From Paraspadella gotoi (Eukaryota > Animalia > Chaetognatha), in assembly GCA_051294375.1 (NCBI GenBank), contig CM119265.1, forward strand, positions 10,241,720 to 10,305,719: a stretch of DNA of 64,000 nt, in the 5' to 3' direction. Made by a program: the position numbers and the translations under genes. Below are positions 39,301-52,527 of the stretch, in pieces. The notes beneath the pieces are model-generated. The model saw nothing but the letters and a program-made list of their open reading frames with translations. It ran no database searches and was not told the DNA's origin. How positions within the stretch are numbered: position 1 is the first letter of the stretch; each line of letters starts with the position of its first letter.

Positions 39301-42300
39301 CGAAAGCGTATTCGTGCCTAGAGACGTGGGCGACATCGTCGACGTCGGCGACAAGTCGGCCATGTCTTTCGAGACCGGATTGGTGAGCATGGATTCAGCG
39401 ATGGACACCGACGACGACGATCGAAAGAGAATACGACGTCATTGGCAGGAATCTGTCGTCGGAAGAAGAAAAAAAGCGGCACCCTCGGCCCAAGAGGACG
39501 CGTCGGCCTCGACTTCGCGGGAATCTCGCGAATCATTGGTCAATCGAGGGGACGAATTCGAAGGAAGAGGCGCACCTCGGCGACAAATCTTGGGGCAGGA
39601 GGGGTTATAAACCTTACGGTGAGATGGGGGAAGACGCTCCCACACCAGAGGTCATCGATACTTGGCGAGCAGAGCGCCTTCGACGCCAAGTACAAAGATA
39701 CAGCATCGTCGGGGTAACTGAATTTGTATTTGCTTTTTAGCCGGATCTGCTTACAGCTCTATAATTCACTTTTCGGTCCGTCGGTCCCACCCCAAAACTT
39801 GTTGGTAAATCATTTAAATCATCTCAGAACATCGAAATTATGATAAATTATTTTAAAAAACGATGTCCGTCCGTCCCTCTCTTATCTTTGAACGCCAATT
39901 ACTCATGTAATGTATATGGGGCGATTGACTTGAAATTTTGTATGTGGTAGTAAAGTGTGTGATTTAGCTGGAAATCAAGTTTTGATGGAATCGTCCAAGT
40001 GGAATTGAGTTTAAATGGAAAAAACAAAAAATCTGTTTCACTAATTGATAATCATATCTTTTCTTTTTAATATTAAATGTAAATGCAATATGTATTCATT
40101 AATCAAATAATTAATCAATTAGTTCAACTAATTAATAATTAATTAATCAGTCATTAATCAATTAATTATTAATTAATTATTCAATCAATCAATTTATCAA
40201 TTAAAATAATTATTCAATCAATTTATCATTTAATTAATAAGTCAATCAATCAAGTCCAATCCATTAATCGTTATCGACATTGTCATCGCCATCATCGTCG
40301 TCGTTGCTTTTGTCATGGTCAGTGACGAAAAGACAAAACAAACTTGTCTGATCAAATTAATTAATTGACTAATTAATTAACTAGAATTAATTAATTAATC
40401 TTGGACAGATCCGGCATGGTTTGCTCAAACTTGTTTCTAGAAATTGATTTTGATTGATTGGTAATGAAAAATCAGAGGAAAGACAGCTCCTCTCTTCATC
40501 CGGACTGGACGCCCGGGGAGACACCCGACGAAAGACCCGAATCGAATTGGATCCCGACCAAAGAATGGTCGCAAGTTGCGATGGAGGCCGCCAGAATTCC
40601 GGAGATTACAGAGAATTTGGGTCAAATTTTCTCCTCTTGTGGATCAGATCAAAAAAGACTATAAAAGTTAGCGGGAGGAAGGGAGGGGAGAAAAAAAAAA
40701 TAAAATTCAGCTCCTTGTATTTTGATGCTAGTGTGGAGTACAATATAGTATTCCCCCGAACTAATACTTAAGGGAGTGGTCTTTTCATACAATTGAAACA
40801 TTCTTTTGAAATATCATACCACTTCATTGATAGGGAAGCCGGTTCACTGGGAGTGGAATAAATAAGACTGTGAGAGAGTCTTGATTGGAAAGTTGGAGAA
40901 ACCTGCTATGTTATTATCTTGTAAGTGTGATGGAGGCCTTAAACCACAAAGCCTGTCCAAAGTCAGGGACAAGATAGCTTATTTATTAAATGAATGGATA
41001 ATTTTTATATTGGTTGTACCAATTTCATAAGGATAAAATCAATAATTCCCCTCGGCTATCAGCTCACAACCTGGCCTTGGGAATAGCGCGAGACTGGGAA
41101 AGAAAGAAATCGAAAGACTTCAGCGTTTACGACGTCCTCCATGATGCTTTTTGCCGGCGCGAGGTCGAGGGGCATGAGCTGGAAGGATGATTGATGTGGT
41201 GATTGGCTTGTTGGTTGATTCTTTTCAGTTTTTGATCATTGGTTTTCAGAGTAGGATTTAGCTTGCCCCTCGGTATATTTAGCGATACATTCTCTAGTTC
41301 TACTCTTCGCGAAATATATGATTTTACCTCACGCCTTCAATACCCCGCAGGTTTTTTTTCTCCAAATTCCTAACTAAAATTTTTTTCGAAACAATACTAA
41401 ACCAGGGAAACGACGACTTTGTTATACAGGGAGATTCTCGTTCGTGGATCCAACGCTCATAAATGAGGAGATTCAGCAATGCTGGCCTTCGCTATAGAAG
41501 AGAGACCCACTTACGGCAAAAAAGTGGGAAAAATATTCGAACTGCAAGTAAGATAGAATCATTCTGAATAAAGTTATGGAGCAAATTAAGAAACAACTCG
41601 TGCTGACCCTTTTGCCCAAGGATTCTATGAAGCCGGCGAGACAAGAAACTCTACAGTTTAAACTGACGAGAATGGACAAGTGTCGGAGGTACAACGTCGA
41701 GACGGTTCCTACTACGCCAAAGAGTTGAAAGACATTCAGTGCGAAAATCGTCGAAGGAATAAACGGCGTCAAGAGGCGGTAATTGAGCGAATAGAATGGC
41801 AAAGTTACGAAGCGAAGTTGCGACTTGATTCTGAACAACTGTTTTGAAAGGAGCAACAGCGACGGCGGATGTTGATTTCGAGAAACGCGATGCCGCTGAG
41901 GAAAAGCCTTCTCAATCCGGAATAACAAAACGCGCATGGAGGAACTCGCGAAACCCGTCAATTTCAACTGCCGAGGATTTATATACGTCACCGCGTACAT
42001 TAAGATGTCAGGACCGTTAAATTTTTCAATTGTCGGGATGGTAGTTCAAATTTTAAACTTAATTATCTTTGGGAAAAAAGATTAGTAAACTTTTGTGACA
42101 GGCATTTCTAATTGCAGAATTGATAATAAATAGAGCTGGGTCGGAGGGTTGAGCCTGTCATGTCATTTCGGCAGCCTTTAAAAAAACAATCTGAACTGCT
42201 GTAATATACAAAATTATTAATTACTAACTAAATTCCTCTATAATTTTTTTATTTTGTCAGAACGTTTGATTACGCAAAATATCATGTAAGGCAATATAAA

Positions 42301-45300
42301 ATTAATATAACCAATAGTTAGTATTATGTCTCGAATAGATGCAAAAAAAAACCTCGTTTAAAAATTCCATCGGGAAGTGGGGTAACTAAGGCTTACAACT
42401 AGCATCCTCCACACTGATCGTTCTCTAAATAATTTTTTTATTTAATACATTTGAAAGGGAAAAATAAAAATTCAGAATGCAGGTTGCAGAAAAGCGTACA
42501 GATAATCTGGACATATGACTCAATAATCATGACCTTTTATGTCTTGTGAAATGGGGGCAGTAAAGAAACCTAAAAAATTCGATCATTAATGTCAATGAAC
42601 CCTTTCCAATTGGCTATTCCGCCGAAATTTTTTTTTCTTAATTAAAATGGATGCATAAATAATAGAATTAAATTCCTAGTATAAAAGGTTGTTATATTTA
42701 AAAGAAAATTATCAATAAAAATAAACACAATGTCTTTGCTTTGTCAAATATGTCGCCAGCTATGTAATTTTTTTAAGGCTACTTGACTGGCTTCTTTGTA
42801 AGACTAATGAACTAGAGGAGTTAGGTTTGCAATGTATTCAAGTATAGACCTATGAAAAGATAGCAATTACAATTACATCTTTATGGATGCTAAACCCGAG
42901 TGAGCTAGCAAGAGCATAGTTGTTTCAAAACCGACCCTTGTTGACTTAGCTGACTGAGAATATATTTTTTTTTTACTAAACATAGAAAAGTCAGCTGGAA
43001 TCACAAGAATAATTAAAGTAATAAACTAGCAATTATGACATTAAATAATTAATTATTTAGCTATTAAAAGAACCACAAATAAATATGATCATTTACTAAT
43101 GTAAAATATAATATTAAACCTTTAAGGTAATAGAATAAAAATTTATCAAGCTTATCAGAACACGACAACAGACAATTCAACAAATTAATCTGCTACACAA
43201 AAACGAGAGTTATATTTAAAGTCAATGATCAGCAAAGAATAATCAGGTAAGTTTCAAATGCTCTTTGCTTTCCGAGCCTAGAAACTAGAATGAAGGAAAC
43301 AAAGTCAAGCCTCTACTTCTACTACAGAAACCGATCCTCTGGCCCCACAAGTCCGGGCCTTCTTCTCATTTGCCCTTTGTTGCCAACCTCCCCAATCCTC
43401 TTCTCCCTCCAATTGGCCCATGGCTTTTCTGTGGTCATAGAGTTTGGTGACTAACCTAATCCGTCGCCAAGCCCTCCTGTGGTCCCGGTGAAGGCGAGCC
43501 TCGGGCTTCTTGCAGCTTCCCGCCGAGGGAGAGGGAGGCAGAGATGGAGAAGATGCAGGGGTGGATATGGCAGCTGGCTTGCTGCATCTCCTCGTGTACG
43601 TTTATGATATGAATACAACAAGAGAACGGGGGACGCCAACTAGATAAGGACTCGCACTCGAACACGTACTTTCTTATTCATATATATGTATAACACGATG
43701 CTCACAATGCTTGTAATAGGAACAAAGATATTATCGAATAAAGGAACAATAAACAAACAATAAATGAACAATATGCATCGGCGATCAATAAGTCTCTTAG
43801 ATGATGTTCCACAAAGAATTGTCTCATCATCCTTCCTCCTTCTATTTATGATCGAGCGTCCCGCTCGATCCACACTAATGAGCAAAACGTGTACAGAATT
43901 CTCGCGAATAAGACAGACGTTGATCCGCAAATGGCGAGAGCGGTCGAAGTCTGGCAGAACGTCGCCGAGAAAATTCAGGCCGCGTTTACATAGGCGTCGC
44001 CCGTCACTTGATAGATATTTCGTCGATGGTGGGTTCCCCAACCATTCTGTTTGCAGACGTCTTCTGCGTCGACCCATTTCTTCGGCACCATGACAGGTCT
44101 CGTCGAAAATACTGAAGAGACGAATCCTTCTGAAGGACGAAAAGCCGGACGCCGATGCGAATCTTTGGGATCTTGCCCAAATCCTTTGCCGAAGTCGCTA
44201 TGGACTTTTGGTGCAAAGTGAAAGACACCGGCCACCACAACAGAAGGACAGGAAGTCGACGCGCGTCTTCTCCAAGTCAGGGAGGGTAGATGGAAGCCCA
44301 CCGCGATGTCTTTGGAACTACGACAGTTACTTCGTCGAAAATTTCCCCAAAAATTGTTTTGTCACTAATTATCTTGCCATGTGGACTGCCATCACGCAAC
44401 AAGATGGGCAAGATGTGCCAGCATCATTGAACGGCGCAGTACAGCTTGCCGAAACGAATCATGTGGGGCAGAGACGCAAATGGGCGTAGGCAATGCCGCT
44501 CAAATCCATGTTGAATGTGGCGAGAGTTGAATCCGATGCTGCGACGCGTTTCACGCAAAGCTTGAAGAGTTCCAACCCGTAGGGGAAAATCTTTCTCGAA
44601 ATTCTCAAATATTATCGAGCCCGGCTAGAATCACAAGAACGAAGCTTTTCCGCCATTGCGCCCTTCAATCTTATATCCCGAAATTATGAGGCCTATCATT
44701 GTAGCGATTTGAGTTTTTCTGAAAGTCTTGGCCACAGTTTTCAATGTGTCCGAGCGATTTGATATTTGAGAAAATAATCCAGCAGAAACGGCTGAGGAGA
44801 CAGAGAAATAATTTAGCTGGATCAAGCCGGCGAGCTTGCTTACCCAAGACTCCTTTCTCAAGGATCGCGGAAACAAGTCGGCGAGGCGGCGACCGAGAAG
44901 AATCCCATCATCGTTCGCGCAATCGACGAACCTTTTGGCGATTCTTCTTGGAGTCCGTTGGGATTCCGTGAGATCTCCACCCAATTCTCATCATTTTGGT
45001 CGGAGATGAGTCCGGATCGATTTCAGAAATGGAGTAATCTCCTCTGTTTTAGCATTCCAATTTCAATGCAGGCACGACCGGCCGATGGTGACTCGCGTCT
45101 GACACAAAGGCAGAGTGTAGGTTGATACGATGATGCCGCATCTTGAGGAGGAACAACTGGCGGAGGTAGGGGCGTGTGAGGGTTCGTTGGCGACGCAAGA
45201 GGACAAAGGGATTGCGCCACATATCTCAACCTCTCTTCCGCGAACGAGAGACTGGTTCACTCCCAAGAGCATCTCTGAATATTTCCTCGATCGCGCATCT

Positions 45301-46555
45301 TCATCTTGGCCAGGGCATTTCTCGAATCTTGCGTCGTTGGTCTTCTCCACTCGCCTCGGCAACTCTTTCTTCAAAATGTACGAGGCCTTCTTAAGATTCG
45401 CTAATCGCTAAGCGTTTTGCGACGATAATGTAACACTTTTGCGCATAAAGTGGCGTCGCGCGTCGGTCGTCGTCGTTGTCAGCGTTCCAAAATTATAGAT
45501 CGCCTTTTTTTATGATTAAATATAAAAAATAATAATAGTATCATTAATGATAAGAACAATAATAATTAGGAATGAGGGTAATTCCAATAATAGTAAATTC
45601 CAATCATAGTAATAATAATAATAATAATAATGTAAAAATAATAATAGTAATAATGATAAAAATAATAATAGTATCATTAACGATAATAATAATAATAATT
45701 AGGAAAAGGGTAATTCCAATAATTTTAATCTGGTATTTATGCCTTTCTATTTATGATCAGTTAAAAAAAAAAAAAAAAATTGACTAATTTCTGTCTATGA
45801 CTACAAAAAAAAAAAAAAAAAAAAAGGCAAATGGCTAGTTGTTAAAGGTTAGGAACCATAATGCTAATATTCACTCGTGATTTTCATTGATATACTTTAA
45901 TACTTTTCCAATTTGCAATATCCGCAATGATCCTTAATTTTTTGAATTTTATTTTTAGTGCCATTAGTGCAATTAGTCTTGCTCAATACTCATTTATTGT
46001 TTTAAATGTCATATTGTTTCAAATCGTTTAATCTTCTTATTGTCTAATTGTCAATTGTCTCTTTTATTTCAGAAAAAAAAAATTAAATTAGGGTGTATGA
46101 AGCTGAAAATTTATATACAGCTCTCATCATCGATGTGCTTAAAATTGAGTCTGGACAGTTATTAAATATGTTTTGTTTACGTTTTATCAAACAAACAAAT
46201 TTTCTCTCTTTTATTTTTATATTTCTTTCTCTCTCTCTTTTCTCTTTTAATTACATGTCTCTCTCCCTCTCTCTTTTCCCTAGTCACTGATTCATAATCA
46301 TAGGGGGAAAAAACGAGTCTGCAGCTGGCTCTGCAGGGGCTTATTCTTTTTCTCTCTTTCTCTTGCTGCTTCTGCTGCTGCCTTTTGAGTCTGCAGCTGG
46401 CTCTGCGGGGCTCTTTCTTTTTCTCTCTCTTTCTCCTGCTGCTTCTGCTGCTGCTTTTGATTTCTTTCTTTTTTTTCTGGGTGCCTCTGCTGCTGAAAAT
46501 GATTTGGCTTCTCTCTCTCTCTCTGATTAATTTTTTCCCTCTAAAAACTTTTATT
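36346..46555 (+). repeat. Copy 2 of the ~10 kb duplication, dense in 1-bp indels (likely uncorrected long-read sequence)
   Basis: Differs from copy 1 mainly by single-base indels that break every ORF, and contains sequence across copy 1's N gaps. Confidence 0.9.
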
Positions 46556-47386
46556 TAATTCGCCATTTATTCCCAAAATTACATCCGAAGATTTTCGTGG
46601 ATTATTTTTTTTTCTCAAATTTTTTTTTTTTGTATCAAAATTTGTCGTCAATCCAGATTTTTTCTATGCAATTGCGACGATCCTTAGCTTTTAAATTTTT
46701 TAAATAGTTTAGTACAAGGCGCGTCAGAAATTTTTAAAGAAACTTGAAAATTTTATTCTGATAAATTTTGCTTTAAGGCTGACGTTTATGACACATCTCG
46801 AAACTATTGTAGGAATTTAAAACAGTTTTTGCAAGTGAATATTGACATCATCCTACAGGGACTGGCATAAAAATATATATAAAAAAAATTAAAATTAGCT
46901 CTCCTATGAGGTATCTAACTAAACTTACCCCTATTACCGCATCAACTTTTAAATTTTAATTAATCAAAATTCTTATCAACAAATTTTTAACACGTGAATC
47001 TCTCAATACCCAAATCTGACTCGTTGCAAATCGTCATCGAACTAATTAACAATTTCTCTACCTTTTCCTTCCTTAAGTACAAAACGGGATTCACTGCTCG
47101 GAACCAGGCGTTGATGGAACGGTGTTTCCGAGAGAATAAAGTTCCGCCCGAGCCGTTCCGAGACGATTGGAGCACGAAGGTTACCGCGAAGAAAAAGGCC
47201 AAAAGAGATTCCTGCGATTAATCAATTCAAAATTTTAATCGCGTTTATAAAAACTTCAATTCTTATTTCATTAGTGTACCTGTCTTGTACTCTTGGTAAC
47301 TATTTTTTCTAAACTTTCAAAGCTCGACAATAATAAATAACGACATTTCTGTGTAGTTTTTTAATAATTCCACCTGGAAAAGAATA

Positions 47387-48270
47387 TGTTGTGAACGAAG
47401 ACCCTTAAAGCTGCCTCCACTGCTGTCCGTACGGCTCAAGGCTTGTCTCAATGGGGGCTGAGCAGGCCAAAAATCATCTCATTCATCCCGTGCGTTGCCC
47501 CCGGGGTTTCAATCGCCTGGGTATGCCCCCGGGTTCTGGGCTTAAATGTGACGTGGTGCCGGGGGTATAAACATAGCCAGTGACAGGAGGCGGTCACTGG
47601 GAAGGGGTCGGCAGCCCCCCTACACCCAGTGGTGAGATACCCCCGCGCCCCGGGGGGTATCACAGGCATTAATCCTCCGTTGCCCATAAGGTGGTGAGCC
47701 CCTACTCCCTCCCGACACAGCAAACCGCATGCGCACGCATGGCGACCCACCCGCTTTACAGTCCGCCTTAGGGGGTATGCGATATCACGCCCTATAGCCC
47801 TACTTCTCGGGTAACGCTCCCACCTTCGCTCAGGCAAGTCGCGTTCGCACTCAGGGAGTATCGCATTCGCTCCTCAAACTATGGCCAATGAGATCAAAAA
47901 AAACTTCTCTGCAAGACCCATCTCCCTCCAGGATTGGAGGGCCCCTGTGGAGAAGTCTGGTGGGGGGGATCCTGTGGCGCCCAAGACGTTAAAGCTGCTC
48001 ACTGCTGGTCCGTCCTTCAGCGCTTAGTCCTTCAATGGCTGAAGCAGGCTAAAGTGCCATCCTCCAACCAGTCCGTGCGTCCCGGGTTCAATCGCCTGGG
48101 TATCCCGCGTTCCTGGGGGCTTTAAATTGTGACCGGTGCCCGGTAATAGCAGCCGGACAATCCCAGGTTGACAGAGCCGGTCACTGGGGAGGGTCCCGCC
48201 AGCCCCTACACCAGTTGTGAGATACCGGCCCCGGGTATGCACAGCTATCCCTCCCCCGTTGCCATAACCA
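47387..48270 (+). repeat. GC-rich island with a direct repeat of about 280 bp (47406-47690 and 47988-48268); possible solo LTR
   Basis: Both units run 'ttaaagctgc...cactgctg.tccgt' to 'ccgttgcc.ataa'. The island starts TGTTGTG and ends CATAAC(C)A. No target duplication is seen. Confidence 0.5.
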
Positions 48271-48439
48271 ATGTATAAATTTCGTGGAGCTACGAACAAT
48301 TTAAGAAAAAACGGGAAGCGCATAACGAATGAACTGTAAATAACCTGAGCAAAATCGCGAAAATTTTTGAACAAATCGATAGGCATAATGAATAGTCAAT
48401 TCAAAAAATCTGTTTAGATCTCTTTGCTGGGATAAACGG

Positions 48440-49365
48440 ACTAAAATACAAAAAAATCGACGCTCGCGGATTTTTTTAGTCGGCTTCGCTTTGTCGGGCC
48501 GCCGCCGCGTCGTTCGTTTCGGCTCAGTGGACGTCACTTTCCAGACGCAGACAATGTTGACGTCGGTGCAGCCGACGAGGAACTTGTTGTCTTCGCTGAT
48601 CGTACAAGTAGTTGATGATGATCTTCTTCTTGTCAAAGTCGAGATCTAGTCAGAATCGGAGGTATCTTCGGCGTAACGTCGGGCCATTCCAGTATAACCG
48701 ACGGTTGGAGGGATATCCTCCTCTTCTCCCACTCTACGTAAAGGTTTTCATTTATATAATTTTGTAAACGATTATCAGATTTTCCGAAAGAAGCAAGAGA
48801 CTCGCCTTCATCTTCGGGCTCCTCGGAGCCACCGGGAAAAACTGTCAGCCTATCCATGTTGTAGATCCAAATTGATCCGGTGTCGTCTCCGGCCAGGAGC
48901 AGCTTGCCGTCGTCCGAAGACGAGATGTTTATGTATAATTCTTCGGTGTCGCTCCACTAAAGTTTTTTTTTATGATTTGGTCAGATAACAAAACAAACAA
49001 ACGATATTGTCAAATAAATCTTTTTAAGCACCAAAGACGTTATAAATTTAAAGAAGAGCTAACAAATATTTTCAACATTAGACTAAATTCTAAACGCAAC
49101 GAAAAGGAAAGTTAATACGCAACATTAGACCAAAATTTTGAAGCAATAATCTCCAATTTCCTCTTTATAGAATAGTTCGAACGCGAAGAAAAAACTTGCC
49201 TTGAGTCTCGTCACGAGAGCGCAGTCGACGTTCTCTTCCGCCTGCGGATTCTCTTTGTGTCTCAATATGGTCTCGTCCATGTCCCAAACCGAAATGATGC
49301 CGTCTTTATAGTATTTTGACGCCACGTAGGGGGTACTACCGAGAAGGACCATGCCGTCGACCACG
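48440..49365 (-). CDS. LRWD1: LRWD1/ORCA-like WD40 protein, last two exons (49365-49200 and 48956 to about 48440); apparent frameshift near 48600-48635
   Basis: 'VDGMVLL...VASK...GIISVW...RLKWSDTEELYINIS...LLLAGDDTGSIWIYNM...QPSVILEWP...FLVGCTDVNIVCVWK' parallels the LRWD1 C-terminus (VDGLAF...VASKG...RLQWSSTELAYF...GDEEGNVWLY...ILKWP...LTDSNIVAIW). The intron has a GC donor (AG|GCAAGT). Confidence 0.8.
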
Positions 49366-49639
49366 CTAAACAAGGTATTTTTTAAATTAAGTAGAATCGT
49401 TATTTTAGTTAAACTGATTTCATTATATACTCTACAGAAGGCTTTTTCTGACCAGAATCTGTTCCCACCAAACTACCCGATCGAATTTCATAAAATTTTA
49501 CATTTAGAGTTCTAATGACGATATAAATGTAACTATTAAGGCGAATTTTGATATTCAACCCCTGACAAGAAATAAAGGGCCATGGGGGTGGGCCCATGGG
49601 GATCCAAAAGAATTTTTAATTCCTTTATGGAATATTAAT

Positions 49640-52527
49640 TCTATATCGGTCCGCCTCGCCACGAAATGCCCTTTTGTTCGCGCTAGTCGATAGATCGCGC
49701 GTTTATCAGAGTAAGAAAAACGAACAAAATAACATCGATAGATGAAAAAAAGAAAATCCAGGGGGAAGCCGTCACGTGACCGGCCTCGACCAATGGGAGC
49801 CCGGCAAATCCCAAGCCGGCTCCCTCCCTCATCCGGGTATACGAAAGCCTCAAACGTCCCTAGAAGGTCCCGGAGGGGCGCCCCACGCGACGTCCCTGCA
49901 GTGGAAACGGAAGAAGGTCTGCGCTCCAGACCAATCTCCTGCGCGTAAGATGACGCCGAGATCCACGCCGCGAGCGAAAGCTTCTGAAACCGCCATAGCG
50001 TGTGTCGACCCCGGGGCGCAGAAGCATCTGCCTCCAAAAAGAGCTCCTTGAGAATGGAGGCGAAACGCTGCGTCGAGAGTTGACGAAAAGGCGGCGCGGG
50101 GGTGCAGAAAAGAAAATCGTGCGGCGGCGCCAATTCCGAACGAAGAGAGAGCCAGTTGCGCAGCGCCTGAACCGGGCGACGATCCGAGAGCGGCAGCGAA
50201 TCGAGACGGAACGCCGGAGCCGGACCCCATCGTTCGTCGTCCGAGCCGCTGTCGCTCCTTTGGAGACGTCGATGCGACTTAAACGGGACATGATCCGTCC
50301 GCTAAGGAGAGAGTCCATGGCCCGTTCGCAACGGAAGAGAAACGATCTCTGAGCGGAGCGGGCGAGGGGATATGCCGCGGTGCGTCAGCTGGCGGGGATC
50401 GGCGTGGAAGCCAAAGGCGACGTAACGCATGGAGGAGATGTACGTCGAGAGAGAAGCATCCCTCGGCGCAATCGGAAGTGGCGGCCGGAAGTCGGAGAAG
50501 CGGCGGTAAAACGCGAGGCGCGCCGCAGTTCGCACAAAAGATGTCGCAGTGGAGACCGTCTCGTGCGAAAAAAGCCCCTTAGAGAAGACCCGAACCCGGA
50601 AGGTGCTTCCAAGCGCGCCGCGCGCGCGCGCGGCGCTGCCCTTCCCGAGGACGAGAGGTCGGCGTGAAAACTGGCAACGGCCGGAGTCTGTGGGTTCAGA
50701 TAGTGGCTGCTGACGAGAGGGCGCGCTGTCGTCGCACGAAAGAGACAGACACCCAGCGTACGCAGACGTCTGCTAGAGACGCGGTTAGATGTGGCCTCGG
50801 AGACTTCTCGTCACGCCGTGTAAGAATCGGCGAGGAAGAAGAGTAAGAGCCTCGCGCGCGCAGCGTCCGTTGCGTGGATCATCTCGTGTAGAACCGTCTC
50901 GAGCCGGTGTCACAATGACGAAAAGTGGAGTCTCGCGGATGTCGTGGGAGTGTCGACGCGCGCGCCTAAAGAGTCGCCTCTGCAACGACGACTTGGAATT
51001 GATCCGCTTGATGTGGCGGCGGTAACCGTGAGTCGCGACGGCGGGGCGGTCGACGACGAGGTGCGCTTGGGCGCCGGTGAAGACGCGTCACGGTCCCAGA
51101 TCCGAGCGGAAGGAGGGCTCGAAAACCACTGCTGAGCTGGCCCCCCAAAAGGGTCGGGTGATCAGGAGGAAGACGCCTTCCGCCTTCGTCCAAACTTGCG
51201 GGGAGAGCACCATCATCAACATGAGGAGGAGGGAAGGAGAGACGCCCCAGGGTCGAAAGTCCCCCAGCGGTTGCGCCAACGGGGCGTCTACTTTCCCTCC
51301 GCCGCGTCCTGGCGCCGTTCGGCCGTCGCCAGGCGAAGAAGCGTAAACTGTGGAGCGAACTAGGCGCCGTGTCCGCGAAAGATCGTATGGCTGGGTCCAG
51401 CCGAATCGGTCGACCAAGTAGGACGAAACGCATTCGTCGGAGGAAGGCTCGCAGGTCCGCCACCTTGCCGCCGCTCTGCGCGACGCGGCGCATGCCCGTT
51501 GATGAGGTTCTCTCTGCGGAAGACAGGTGTTACTTCCTGCGGAGAGAGCGGCCAGGCATCCTCCGCAAACGAAAGGCTAGGCAGAAGGTTTCCCTGACAG
51601 CCTCGTGGGAGAAAGCTTGCGAACCGCTGCTGGCAGCCCCCCGCCGCGTCGCGAAGGCCAGACGGCAGCAGAGACTGGAGGGCTGTCCCGTCCTTCATAG
51701 TGATGATGTGCCGCCGGCGAAAGAAGCCCCGAAGCGTTGGAGGAACATCCTCCAGCGACCGTGAACTCCTTCACATTGATCATTCGGGAGAGGGGCCATC
51801 TGCATCCCGGACCCAGCGGTTCCCCCTCGTCAGCGAGCCTTGATGCATAAGGATCCCCCCAACCCCTGAGAGGAGGCCTCCGTCGTGCACCATCCCCAAC
51901 GTGTGCAAGACTCCTCCCGGCAGGAGATCGTATCGATCGGATGCGAGCCACTGATCCGCCAGAAAAGAGCTGCGCTCCACCCGTAGCTCTCCAGTCCGCT
52001 GCCGATCGGACCCGGTGGTCGAGGGTCCTTCTCGACTTTGTAGATCGCTTGACGTCGGCCCGCGTTAATCCTCGAACGACCCAGCGCAACCAGCGACGCC
52101 ATCGATGCCCGCGTCGAAATGCGAGGGCTGCAGAACTTGACAGCTAGTAGTGTGGTGAATCGTCGACAGAAGAGCATTTCCCAAGAGAACGGAGGGTCGT
52201 AGCCTTCGGTCTCCGAGCGAGGCAATGAGTGAGAGACTTCCCAAAGCCGAACGGAAATGCGAGACGCCTGAGAGGTCAGGCCCTCGCTTTGGAGATGGAT
52301 GAGCGAACCGCCGCCTCCTGTGAGCCCAAACTGCTTTCTGAGTGGTCTCGTCGAGCAGTGCGTTCGCGCCGAAGCCCAGATCAGATGTCGTTCTATGTGT
52401 AGAACAGGCATTCGGTATCCCTTGTTGAGAGCATCTGAACCCAATGGTCTGCGTGCGTCTTTGGTGAAAGATCTAAGGACCCGTCGACAGCCGGAATGGA
52501 AGAGCGAGTGCTGCTGCTGCGTTTGTG
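49640..52527 (-). mobile_element. DIRS-type tyrosine-recombinase retrotransposon (RT end, RNase H, methyltransferase-like domain, YR); frameshifted, 5' end in a gap
   Basis: In order on the minus strand: RNase H 'TTEASSQGLGG', 'INVKE', 'RENLI'; DAM-like 'SFADTA...VDA...W...LLITRPFW'; YR C-terminus 'STHAMAVSEAFARGVDLGVILRAGDWSGAQTFFRFHCRDV'. GC-rich and intronless. Confidence 0.8.

Noticed and set aside
37740-42003. Apparent pseudogene copy of the 27132-31425 gene
   Set aside because: The indel-dominated differences match long-read errors, so it is not called a real pseudogene.
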